From positions 1-64,000 of the forward strand of contig JAYWIR010000012.1 of NCBI GenBank assembly GCA_036172245.1: DNA of 64,000 nt, written 5' to 3'. Numbering within the stretch: position 1 is the first letter of the stretch; each line of letters begins with the position of its first letter. The stretch comes from Raillietiella orientalis. Lineage: Eukaryota. Positions 1 to 14,234 of the stretch are shown here, piece by piece. The notes under the pieces were generated by a model. That model did not search any database. It was not told the DNA's origin and saw nothing but the letters and a program-made list of their open reading frames with translations. The position numbers and the translations under genes were made by a program.

Positions 1-2439
<2,439 letters not shown>

Positions 2440-5400
2440 GCAACTTCGGATGCAGTCGAGCATTCCTGGCCAGCGTCATCGAGCAGACAAGCCGCTCCAG
2501 ACAGCCAAACCTGGCGCTCGGCCCTAACCTTGTACTCCGCCAAACGCCAGACTTCCGGGCATCGGGAGAAGGAACGCGCCTGCAGAAAGGATCTGCTGTT
2601 CGCGACACCCTCACCAAAGCTGCGGGGAAGCAGGTGGAAGCGGAAACGGCAGCAGAAATCGCGGATCGATCTTTTCAGATCATCCCAGTCCTCGAGTTCA
2701 CGGATGGAGAAGCCCCGGAGGTGCTAGCGAAGATGCTCCGCCGCCTCCGGATTGCTAATCCAGTCGGCCGCAACCTTTAGAGATTCATCGGAGTCCCTTT
2801 GCCAGGCGGGAGGAGCTCGAACTTCAGTCTCGGATGATCCGAAATCTGGGACAGCAGGCGCCCTCTCCGACCTACTCGTGAGAGCAGGTGTTCATCGAGG
2901 AAGGCATGGTCCGGCGATCTCTCCATCCCGGGCTCACCAGCAAGCTAGTTTTGCACGCGCACGGACGCGCATACCTCGCTCACCAGTTGCTTCTCCCTCA
3001 AGCGGCATCTCTCCTCCGTAAGCAGGTGGACGTTGAAGTCTCTTGCAAGTAGGTGCGCCACGTTAGGGCCGGAGTCAACGAGCCAGCGGCTGCGCAGGCC
3101 ACCCAGGAATGCGATTCGTTGGGCGTAATGCCGGCCGCCACTCGGCGAGTAGATGTTCGTAACGACAAGGTCGATCGATTCCGACCACTTGAGGACAAGT
3201 TGGCCCACACGACGTTCCTCGTCGAAACAAACGTTCCGTCTTGCCTCCGCCACCCTGCCTCGGACGAGGAACGCGACTCCGCACGTGTGTGCGGAGCCTT
3301 GCCGCCAGTGTAGCGTCCCGCCCGCGCGCTTTTCCAGATCCGATGCCTGCCGTTCGGAGATGCTATGTATCTCCTGCGGCAGAACCAGATCGAACGCGCG
3401 CAAAGCGTTGGCTACCGTCCGCCTTTTGTCAGCGTCGCGTAGCCCGTTGACGTTCCAACAGGCCACGCTGAAGCGACGAGCGGACGCGAGAACACGCATC
3501 ACTGATGCGGACATGACGGCGTGCTCCTCGCTTCGTCCGGCGAGAAGTCAGCTGGTGGGAGAGCGGATTGGGAAGCGGAATCGCTCCCATTCGCCGCCAC
3601 ATCGCGCCCAGCTGAGTCCTGGGAGCCGAGGATCATCGTCTCGGTCTCCGTGCAGGAGCCGGAACCGCCTCCGGCAACAGGCTCGTTCCTTCGCACCTTT
3701 GCACGGCGCGCTACCGGCTTACCCCGGGATGCGCGCTCCATTTGTTTGCACTCGGACTCCACCTCGGAGTCGGAGTGCCTGGCGCGAGACTGACGTTTTG
3801 CCAGTCTCTTTTTGTTTAAGCAGGTCGGGACATGCCCTGCCCGCGCGAGGGTCGTCGCAGTCGCGAACGCAGCTTCCGGAGCTTTGGCTTTTGCAGCCGC
3901 CCTCTCGCGCGAAGCGACGGAGACACAGCACGCAGCCGTAGTGCGTACCTGTGAACGCACCTTCTTCGGCGTGCTTCTCTTTTAACTCCCACCCACCTTA
4001 AGGATGGGGAATATTGAAGGGTCAACCTTCTTCTTCCCTTTTGTGGGAGTCCTGGAGACTCGAGTCCAGCCCGCGTCGGGGACGCCCTACTGGGAGGCCG
4101 ACGCCTCCCTCAATTGTTTGGCCGGTGATTCCGGCTAGGGGTGCGCGCTCGATACGGGAGACGGCTCCGTCCCCGTTACGCGCTGTACCTGCTTCTTAGC
4201 CGATGCGGGCGAAACGGCGGTCATCGCCGTCGTCCCGCGAGGCGCTAATGCAGCCTTCGCTGCTCGTCCCTTCGGCGTGGAAGAGGTGATCTCCACCGCC
4301 GTAGGAGGAGACTGCCGTTCAGTGGCAGTTCCGAGGATACCCGCGCACGGTTTCCCGTGCGCTCAGCTGGACGCGGAAGCCGAACAGGAAGGTTCAGCAG
4401 CCTTGATTGAGTGCGTCTTCGCACTCTTAGGCTGCTTCGAAGAAAGCGATTTGCCCCCAGGACGACGAGGCATCTTTCCCGTCGGCGCGGTTTTCTGGGA
4501 CTGTGGCTTCCCTGAAGCAACCGCGTACTTTTTCGCGGGACCTCCACTTGAAGATGCCCCACCCTTCGCGCCCGATTTCTCCAGTAGCACAACGGGGATC
4601 TTTTCGGTGCGGACGGGGTCGATTGTTGGCGGCTTTTCGCCTGCCTCTTTCTCTTCAGCTCGGCGCACTCTTTAATGGAGTGGCCGAGCTGTTTACAATA
4701 GCGGCAGTTGCGAGGAGGGCACGTCCACGGACGGTGGCCCTCTGCGCCGCAAATGCCGTAAGCCGGTCGCTGACCGGCAAATTTAAGGTGGACGATCGCA
4801 TCGCCCACCTGCAAGTGCGGAGGCATTTGCCTCCTATCCGCCATGGTGGCACGCGCCATGGCAAGTCCGCTGTGGAGAGATGCAATCCTTTTGATTGGAT
4901 TGTCTGCTGTCCACAGCGCGTGCACCGTGGCGAATGCACTAAGTGCATCGACGAGCACGCGATCGGGCGTGTCCACCTGGACGGCGGATAATCGGACCAC
5001 GAACGACTGGTCCATGGCCGACGGGACGACCTCCTTCCCGCGGATATTTAGCGTGGTGCGAAGAAGGCGCTGGACTAGGGATGCCTCTTTGCAGTGCACC
5101 TCTCAGTGTCCGAGCGCGTTAACCGGCATGACGGCCAGGAGATCGTCCTGTCGGACCCCGACGCGCAAAAGCTCGTCCCACAAATTTTCTCCAACCCCGT
5201 CGGAGATCGCAGCACTCACCGGATAGCAGAGCGCAGGCTTGTAGCCATGGGCTGCATATGCCTGCAGCTCCGCTTCGTCGGGCGGTGCTCCGTTGGCTGC
5301 CGCTGCCTTGACGACGGCGGCGAAGCTTCTCGCCGGTGGCGAGACACAAGAATCAGAGGCGGACCGGACATCTGGAGTAGAGTCTCCACTGCCAGTAGCA

Positions 5401-5549
5401 GCCTTCACATCCATCTTTTGCTGCAGGGGCTCCGTGGACATCCCAGTGGACGCACTCGGGCACACCACGCACAAAGAAGACGGAAAGGAATCGCGCTCGA
5501 GGACCAACACAGAACACGTCCGTGCACCGTTGTCGTGGAGCGTATTCCC
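2440..5549 (-). mobile_element. E2: Tx1-like element with intact 5' end, ORF1 (ATG 5441, CCHC knuckles) and ORF2 APE; cut in the APE-RT linker by the E1 3' end
   Basis: ORF1 RSFAAVVKAAA, CGAEGHRPWTC and CRYCKQLGHSIKEC; APE WNVNG, QEIH, NIYSP, DFN; linker AEYKVRAERQVW ends abruptly at ~2441; in-frame stops and frameshifts. Confidence 0.93.
5515..5522 (-). promoter_or_regulatory. CGGACGTG DPE-like internal promoter motif of E2
   Basis: Same octamer in four 5' UTRs of this window; GGACG begins 28 nt downstream of the first G of a GGG start (5549). Confidence 0.6.
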
Positions 5550-5552
5550 TAG

Positions 5553-8500
5553 CGCTGCGAAAAAGAACTCGCGGCTACCGACGACAACAGCTCTGTTGAC
5601 TTTGTCAACAGCGAGGGGAGCGAGCCGGCTGCGGCGTCCGTCATCGGCACCACCATCGATAAGGTAGCCTTCACGCGACCCGCGTTAGAGCTGGCTGCCT
5701 CGTTGCAGCCGGAACCCTCCAAGGCTGGCAATTAGGCCGTAAGGCATCCGGCCTCCCCTCAGGAATCCCCCATTTCCGACCCCAAGGTGGAGGCCGGAAG
5801 CGCAGCCTCGGTTTTCACGGCACCTCGCAAGAAGGCTGGACGTAAGTCCACAAAGCCGAGGTAGCTCGTCTCCCCCGTCGACGGGGAAGAGATGGTTTCT
5901 GCAAGCGAGGGTGCCATGAGCGTGGGAAACTCGCGGGACCCGTCGCCCGAGAGACTCCCACGAGCCGACACGGAGAGGATGGAGGGAGTGGAGGCCGAAC
6001 AGGTGCCTCAGTTGCCTGAGAAGGCCGAAACCCCCATGGACATCCCGCCCGCCTCGCAAGAAGCGGGCTCCTCCACACCTTAATCTTCCCAGCAGTAATG
6101 CCGGGAATGTCCTCCCGCCGTCGTCTGCGCATCGCCGTTTGGAACGTGAACAACATGACAGACGCCGGCCGGAGACGAGACATGGCCGCCCTACTGGAGT
6201 CCTACGACCTTGCGCTGCTGCAGGAGATCGACGTGATCCCTGCAGAACAAGCGCAACAGATCGAACGGATCTTCGGAGGGCGGCTATGGTAGAGGTGTGG
6301 AAGAACGAAAAGTTGCGGTGTCGCGTACTTGCTTCGGCCAGCCCTCGAGGCCGCGGCTCAAAGCGTGCGGTACGACGATCACGGTCGTGTCGGCCAGCTG
6401 ACTCTGAGGTGGTCCCACTCGATCGATCTGATCGTCACGAACGTGTACGCACCGAGCGGCAAGGACCTGATGACCAGGAGGGCGAGGAAACAGTTTTTCC
6501 TTGCCCTACGGCGAGACTGGCTGACCGAAGCAGGCGTGCCGAATGCCCATCTGGTTGCAGGAGATTTCAACGTTCGCCTGAAACCAGATGGGCAGAATCC
6601 CCAGCGTGACCTGGTCAACGAGCTGTCCATGTCAAGGCACACCAGTAATTTGTTGGCCAGAGCACCGGGAATGTAATACAGCATTGACCACGTGTTTCTT
6701 CACGAGCACCTGTGCCCTCTCGTGGGCAGGCGCGGCAAGTTACCGTGCGAGCTGTGCGACCATCGCCCCCTAGTTCTCGAGATCCATCCGCGCGACAGGG
6801 CCCCACCCTCGTCAGCGTGACGTCTCCCAGGGGACTGGCTGAAGCTCCCGGACGCGGAGGAATATCTCCGCACGTTCATACGGAGCTTCAGGCTGCGGAC
6901 ACTGCAGGATTGAGACCGCTTCAAGCGGACGGTGGAGGAGTTCTGCGACCCGTTCCCTCTGCACCGCCTACCTACGGGTTTTTGGACCGGGGTCCGCAAC
7001 GAACAAGCCTACCTGGAGGCCCGTAGTTACGCCAGGACCCCCGACATCCGCAGGCTGGCGGAATACAAAGCGGGAGCCGAGAGGCAAGCCTGGCATTCCG
7101 GATCGGCCAGCTTACGGGACGATCAGGGCCAGGAGCACTCGGCACCTGCCCAAATCCGCGGCCTGCTGCGGACTTACTACTCCTCCCTGTATGCCAGGGC
7201 ACCTCCGGAGAGGAACGCCTTACGACTCCTGCTTCCGGAAGGCGCTCCAGCGATCGGGGAGGAGCAGAGAAAGACCCTCGTCGAGCCTTCCACGATGGAC
7301 GAGATCCTCTCGGCCATCGGAAAGCTCAAGAGGCGAAAGGCTCCAGGAGAGGACGGCCTGCCCGCGGAGTTTTATAAAACTTTCGCGGCTGAGCTTACCC
7401 ACCTGGTACAGCAACTCACCTTGCTGCTACGCGAAACAGGTGACGTTCCCGCCTCGTTTCGTTCGGCAAGGGTGCGGCTGCTCCCTAAGGGAGGAGATCT
7501 GAGGAGCATGAACAGCTGGGGTCCCATCGCAATAGTGAATAAGGACGCCAAGTTTCTAGCAAAGGTTTGGGCAGAGCGTCTGGGACGGGTTGCCAACATC
7601 TTCATCAGCCCGGAACAGACATATGCTGTTTCCGGACGAAGCATGCAGACGAACCTGTTCCACGGTTCCACCTGGCTAGAGCTCCAACAAGTAAGGAGCT
7701 TGGTGCGCAGCCGGAATTCCGGTGCGTGAGCCTTCAAGGGGTCGAATGGTCGGGTGGGGTAAGGAGCCCTTGCGGTCGCAATCGACTTGCGGAATGCATT
7801 CGTTTGCGTCGACCAGAATCTTCTTCTAGTTCTTCTGGAACGCTTGGGCTTCGCGGAATCATTAGTGGCCTATCTGCGCTCCCGCTGGCGCGACGCGCTC
7901 ATCAACGTTTCTTTCAGCGGGCAGACAGTGCACGGCGTGCCGGTTCGACCTGGGATCCGGCAAGGAGACAGCGTGAGCCCCTTGCTCTTCAGTACCTACT
8001 TTGAGTTGGTACTGGGAGCGTACAAGGAAACTCTGGCGCACCTGCGGCACGAATGTGCCGTTACGCCGGTCGTTTCAGCGTACGCGGACGACCTTCTGCT
8101 GCTGCTCCCCGGGTCCACCCCGGCGTCGGCGCTCGAAGATTTCTTTGAGTTGCTGCGCCGCGGGACAGGCCTCGAGGTGAACAGAGAGAAATCTTCCATC
8201 GTTCCAACATCACCACAACTTTTCAACAATACGGCGTGGGCCGGACGGCTGGACTGGATCCGCTTGGGGATCCCCACGGGCAGGTGCTTCAAGTACCTTG
8301 GCGTTCCGTTGGGGGACTTCTGCGTTGCAGAAGCCTGGTCCGACCGTCTCCAAAAGGTGGAGTTGGCGATCGGACCGTTCCGGAACAGCAAGTTTTACTT
8401 GCAGGAGCGGGCCGCGGTGTGGAACGCGTTCGCGGCCCCCCTGCTTCGCCCCTTACTTTTTGTTTGCCCCGCCCCTCTCATCTTACAGAGACGGACCAAA

Positions 8501-9724
8501 GCCCTCTTGAGGACTGCCCTTTGGGGCACAGCGAGGTCGCGAGTGTGATGGAAAGACTTGTGCGCTCCACGCAGGCATGGTGGCTGGGGCCTCCTTACGT
8601 TGGAGCGCATCCAACTTCAAACAAGAATTCGAAAGTTAGCCCTTGCGGCTAGCTTATGGATGACGCCATTGTGCGATCCGGCACGGATCCTCGCCAGAAG
8701 AGCGACCGGCTGCGAAGGATTGTCCTCGATCCTCGTGGCCTACCAGCGCAGCCTCTCCAACTGTGGTCCCGATTTGCGCCAGATGGTCGCCCTGATCAGG
8801 GAGAATACCTGGATCTCCTGCATCCCCGCGAACTGCACTGCCTGGCTTCAGGAGTCAGCTTCCGCGTGGGCTAAGATCAACGGAACGAGCGAGGCGGAAT
8901 ACAACTGCCTACGACGAGGACCGACGCTCGACAGCCGCTGCAGGAGATTATCAACACGCCCCGGAAGTTTCTGTGGGATTCCTTCAGCTTCCTTGTCCCC
9001 GTTCTGTCCTCCCTAAAAAACACTAGGAGGAGCTCTATTTCTGCACTGGGGACTGTTAAGGAGAGCACGCCTGTCTCACTGGACACTGGGGAATGTGGAT
9101 GCCCGCTGTGTTGAGTGCGGAGAAAGAGAAACCTTCCCGCATCTCATCCTCGAGTGTGTCGCCCTGGATGGACTCTGAAGTTGAATCGCCCCAATCCTCC
9201 ATCTTCCAGTAGGCGACCCTAAGGAAATTTACCGTCGCCTCTTTCTGCGTGACGGCCTGCGCCCCGCTGCGTCTCTAGCAGTCCTCTGCTGCGTGCGCGG
9301 CATTGTGCAAAGGTGGCACGCCAGAAGAAGAGGCCCAAGATGCAGGGACGCCATCCACTGGACGACGATCTCTTTAGAGACGGCCACAAGGTGGCGTCTA
9401 CCTTTCACAATAAAAACCGAACTTGACTGCATCCTCAACAGGATGCGGAGGACCGACCCAGGCGCCCAGTGATCCCTTTCCTGCCCCCCTTCTCCCCATA
9501 TAACTGTTTCCCTCCCCGTAATCGCTCTTTTTGTTTGTTGTCGTTCTAGTTTTCCCTTCGCATGCGCCTCGGGAATGGATCTAAGCGGTCTATGCACCGT
9601 CAACCGACACGTCGAGCAAGGTAGAAGAACCCAGTGTTTTCCCACGGAAAACATCTTTTTAAAGACTTTATTATCTAATTTTCGTAAAAAATTAGAATAA
9701 TAACTGCCCCGGCATATCCGGGTG
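5553..9724 (+). mobile_element. E3: Tx1-like element (ORF1 tail, near-complete decayed ORF2 from ATG 6098, 3' UTR); apparent inter-subfamily chimera
   Basis: APE WNVNN, QEID, NVYAP, GDFN; RT KAPGEDGLPAEFY, LLPKG, QGDSVSP, YADD; near-identical to E1 from ~8085 onward with a ~230 bp deletion at ~9030; terminal hairpin 9708-9722. Confidence 0.95.
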
Positions 9725-10950
9725 CCAAATGGCAAACGGCGGACGCAATTGTTGTGCGCTCCGTGGATGGGAAGTTTTACTTTTCTGGTGTTTCGTATGT
9801 GTTTCGCGGCCGTTGACAGGAAGAAATCCCTGTGAACGCCGCAGTTTCAGGTGAGGGAGGCGAAAAGACCGCGTCTCCCAAGCCAAAGGAGGTGGGATCA
9901 CGCCCCACCACTACTTCCGAACCCGCCACTACGGCGAGGGCCTGGAGCGCGGTGGCAGCGGCGGAAACGCCCGATGTCGCCGCCGAAATGCAATCCTACA
10001 TCCAGGAAGGCTACAATCCGGCCCTCCTCTACAAGGTAAGAAATTTATATTCCCTGTTAAGGCCGCGAAAGTTCGGCAATACCATCACAAAGATGGGCAT
10101 TGCCGACCATGAAATTCTTTGCCTGTCATTACGGAGCGGAGGGCAGTTGGCGGAGCTCATCTGCAAGGACGCAGCTCTTACCCACAAGATGATCTGCACG
10201 CCCGTACAATTTGAGGGCAGGAATTTACTCCCACACACGGTGGACCACTCCATTGTGGTCCACCTAACAGGGACAACAGTGCGGATGGATGAGAACGCCA
10301 TCCGCGCTGAACTGCAAAAATTCGCAAGCGTTTTCGCGATATGGAGAAAGCCCAACACCTTCGGAGTGAATGGTGCATTTAGTGGGCGAGAAGGCGCGCG
10401 CGTGACGCTTCCAGAAAGCGTACAGCTTTCCCACAAGCTCCAAATTGGCGATGAGTTCGTCGACATTTGGTTTGTGGGGAAACCTAAATTTTGTGGAAAC
10501 TGTAAGTCGTTCGGGCATTTGAAAAAGCGGTGCCCGGACGCAGTATGCCCAACGTGCGGCGCGAAGGTTACCACCAAAGTGGTGTGCCCGATGAACGTCG
10601 CTCCAACGCCGGAACTTCCGCAAAAGAAGGAAGGGAAGGCAAAAATAGTGATAAACCCCACAAAAGGGGATCAGCCGTCGGCTCCGACAAAAGTCGCGCA
10701 GCAGGAAAGGGACTCGGTACAGGAGCTCCCGGAAAAGAATGCCGACGAGGAAGGCTGGCAGCTGGTCACCCATAAAGTAAAAATCGTTAAAAAAACCGCG
10801 CCCGCACCGGCGAAAGTGGTGAAGGGCAATGGAAAGGTCGCGCCACGCCCAACCATAAAATCGTGCAGCGTGGCCATCAAACGCGTGCCGGCGATCGATA
10901 CTCGCTCCGCTGACGGATCCATGCGGTGTCACGTCACGCCAGCTGTTCAA
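9725..10950 (+). mobile_element. E4: 5' fragment of a second-subfamily Tx1-like element (5' UTR + ORF1)
   Basis: ARAWSAVAAA, EGYNPALLYKV, CGNCKSFGHLKKRC; homologous to E11; CGGACGCA variant motif at 9740-9747; the ORF 9832-11154 reads into antisense E5 after ~10950. Confidence 0.9.
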
Positions 10951-13900
10951 CCCGCCGCCGCGCCAACGCCGGCGCTTGGCCTTGGCCTTGTACTCCGCAA
11001 GGTACCGGACGTCCGGGCATCGGGAGAATTGGGGGGCCTGCAGAAACTCTCTGCTGTTGGCCACGCCTTCCCCGAAGCCAAGGGGAAGCAGGCGCAAGGG
11101 GAACCGGCTGCAGAACTCACAGACCGATCTTTTCAGATCGTCCCATTCCACTAGCTCTAGATCGGCCAATGTCCGGAGATGCTGGCGGAGGTGCTCCGGA
11201 GCCACCAGATTCCTCAACCAGTCGGCCGGCAACCTCCAGCCGTGCGTCGGAGGGCCCTTGCCAGGCGGAAGTAGCTCAAACTCCAGCCTGTAGTGGTCGA
11301 AAAGCTCGGACGGCACGGGACCTCTTCGACCCACCCGACAATGCAGGTGATCGTCGAGGAACACATGGTCCGGCAAAGCACGCATCCCGGGATCGTCGGC
11401 CAGCAAATTCGAGGTGTGCACGCACGCGCACACCTCGTTCACCAGCCGTTTCTCCCGGCGGCGGTGAGACTCCTCCGATAACGCGTGGACGTTGAAGATC
11501 CGGCTACGAGGTGAGCCACGTCGGGGACGGAGTTGCTGAGCCAGCGGTCGCGCAGTCTCTCGAAAAACTCCTGTTTCTCGGTGTGACGCGCAGAGCCGCA
11601 CGGCGCGTACACGTTCGTGACGACAAGGTTGATCGATTCGGACCACTTGAGAACAAGTTGGCCCACACGACCTTCCTCGTCGAAACAAACGCTCCGCACC
11701 GCTCCCGCCACCCTGCCCCGGACAAGGAATGCGACTCCGCAGGTATTCTGGGAGCCTGACCTCCAATGGAGCGTCCCGCCTGCGCGAACTTGCAGATCGG
11801 CCGCTTGCTGCTCGGAGAGTGCGTGAATCTCCTGCAGCAGGGCCAGATCGAAGTCGCGCAAGACGTTGGCAACCAATCGCCTCTTGTCGTTGTCCTGCAG
11901 CCCGTTGACGTTCCAACAGGCCACTCGGACGCGACGGGAAGAAGCGAGACCGCGCATTGCTGCTACGGACATGGAGGTGCGTTCCTCGCCCCGTCCGGCG
12001 AGGCATCAGCCGGGAGCACGGCGGATGAGGTAGCGCATGCGCTTCCTGTCCCCGCCGCGCCGCTCGCGGCCGGCTCGGTGGAGTCGAGGACCATTGCCTC
12101 GGGCTCCGCGGAACATCGGGAACCGTTCCCGGCATCAGGCTCTTGCCTGGCATGTTTTGGCTTGTGCGCAGCCCTGGCCTTGACCGAGGCTTGGCGAGCC
12201 TTAGCGCTGCCCTCGGACTCCACCTCGGAGTCCGAATTGCGCGCGCGCGGCGGGCGTTTTGCCTGCCGCTTTTTTTCCTGGCAGCCAGGAGCTGGTCCAG
12301 CACTCTGAGAGGGTGCCTTCGTCGCCGATCCCCCTTTCGGGGTCACGGCTTCGGCAGCTCCCTTCTCGCCGCGGGTGTTTGCGGCGGCGCGCGCGGCGGC
12401 AGCAGCGGCTTTATCTTGCGCCTTCCTTGGCGCGCGGGGCTGCCTCTTCACTCCGCCTACCTTTTTGATCGGGAAGTGGGAAGGATCGCGCGGTTTGCGC
12501 TCATTCTTCCTTCCCCCAAGAAAGGTCCAGCCATCCTCGCCGCCTTCCGGTTTGCCTCGGTTAGGCGCGAGGGCTTCCAGGGTCCCTCGCATCCTTTCCA
12601 AGGCCTCGCATACGGCGGTGGAGGTCAGTGTCTCCTTCGCCACGTCTGCCTTTTGCACCTCCTTACCGGAATGTGCGGACAGAGTGGCGGGATTCTCGGA
12701 GGTCGCCCGAGGCTTTTAGACCTTTGCTGACGTTCGGCCCTCCGTGGCCGGCTTACCTGTCGCGGGCAAAGGAGCGCGCGACCCCTTTTTCGACGCTCCG
12801 GTGGACTTCCCGGGCGTGCCACCGCTATTTCGCTCCGGAGCGAGAACGGGCGGAAGCGGTGGTGGTTTTGCAGCCTGCCCGATGTTATCGGCGGGATGGG
12901 TCGCTTGGGGCTTCACTGAAAAAGCCTGGAGAAGCTTCTTGTCCTTTCGCGCGGGTTTTTGTGGAGCATTGCCCTGATAATCGCCCGCGCAAGCGGACTG
13001 TTGACTTCGCTGCGAATCCTCGTTCGCGCCGGATTTCTTACCCAACGACGGGGCGGATGGAGTCGGCGCGGACGGCGATGTTGCGGGGAGGTTTCTGGCC
13101 CTCCTCTTACGTTTTAGCTCGGGGCACTCGTTAATCGAGTGGCCGAGCCGCTTACGGTATCGGCAACTGCGTGTTGGGCACTTCCGCGGACGGCGGCCCT
13201 GCTTCCCGCAGTTGCCGCAAGCGGGGGTTTGCTAGGCAAACCGGAGATGGACGACGACGTCATCGAGGACGATCTGCGAAGCCATGAGCCTCCGGTCGTC
13301 CATGGTGACGCGCGCCGTCAGGAGTCCGCAAGAGAGGCGCGCGACTTTATCGATCGCATTCGCGCGCCTCCACATCGCGTGCCCTGTGGCGAACGCCTCG
13401 AGTGCAACAATGATGTCGCGGTCCGTTATTCTCGGCCGAATGCCCGAGAGCTGGACCACGAACGATTGGTCCAGGGCCGAGGGGACGACCTCCTTACCCC
13501 TGATTTTCAGGGGGGTTCGTAGTAGGCGCTGGACGAGGGCTGCATCCTTGCAGTGCACCTCCCAATGGCCTACCGCGCTCACTGGCATAAGCGCCAGGAG
13601 ATCGTCCTTTCGGACCTCTACGCGTTCCAGCTCTCTCCAGAGCTGGTAGCCCGTCCCATCTTGGTACGCGGCACTCATCTTGTAGGCCAGAGGGGGGTTG
13701 TAACCGCTGGCGGCGTACGCCCGCAGCTCTGCCTCGTCGGGTGGGGCTCCGTGATCCGCCGCTGCCTTAGCAACGGCGGCAAAACTTCTCGCTGGAAACG
13801 AGGGACGATCGGTGGAGGCTTCCACTCCTCCCGAAGAAGGTCCTGCGATGCAGGGGGATTCCTCCACCTCCATTTCTGTGGGCACTGGCTTCATTTTCAA

Positions 13901-13978
13901 ATGAAAAATCGTACCACTCCCAAAAGGAACAGCCGCAAAGAAGCACCAAAGACGGAGCGCAAGAATGCACGTCCGAAC
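10950..13978 (-). mobile_element. E5: Tx1-like element, ORF1 (ATG 13894, stop 11963) + ORF2 APE, truncated in the APE-RT linker
   Basis: ORF1 RSFAAVAKAAA, knuckles at ~13130-13225; APE WNVNG, QEIH, NVYAP; linker LAEYKAKAKRRRW then homology ends. Confidence 0.93.
13968..13975 (-). promoter_or_regulatory. CGGACGTG DPE-like motif of E5
   Basis: Identical octamer about 75 nt upstream of the ORF1 ATG. Confidence 0.55.
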
Positions 13979-13979
13979 A

Positions 13980-14230
13980 ATGGAGGGGGTCGGCTGTATT
14001 GACTATGCGGCGCACGCAACACCTGTGGGGTCGCGTTTTTTGGAAAGCCGGCCATCGACGCTGCCGTGAAGCGCGTGGGCTTCGATGACGACGGTCGCGT
14101 CGGTCAGCTGATTCTCAGCTGGTCCGACTCGATCGAACTGATCGTCACGAATGTGAACGCAGTCTCTCGGAGCTGCTTCTGCCGGCGGATTCCTTCGCGG
14201 TCGACGAGGAGGAACGCGCCACTCTTGGAC
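13980..14230 (+). mobile_element. F6: short APE endonuclease fragment of the same Tx1-like family
   Basis: Translates to CGARNTCGVAF...GFDDDGRVGQLILSWSDSIELIVTNVNA, matching the APE of E2/E3/E5/E8. Confidence 0.85.
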
Positions 14231-14234
14231 TGTC

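Noticed and set aside
5593..5611. Inverted repeat ctgttgac-ttt-gtcaacag near the E2/E3 junction
   Set aside because: Single occurrence inside the E3 ORF1 reading frame; not seen at other junctions
10950..11154. C-terminus of the 440-aa ORF 9832-11154 as a novel ORF1 domain
   Set aside because: It is the antisense of E5 ORF2, read through the junction
10264..12303. 679-aa minus-strand ORF
   Set aside because: Artefact: off-frame E5 sequence, part of the E5 APE and antisense E4 joined across an element junction in GC-rich DNA
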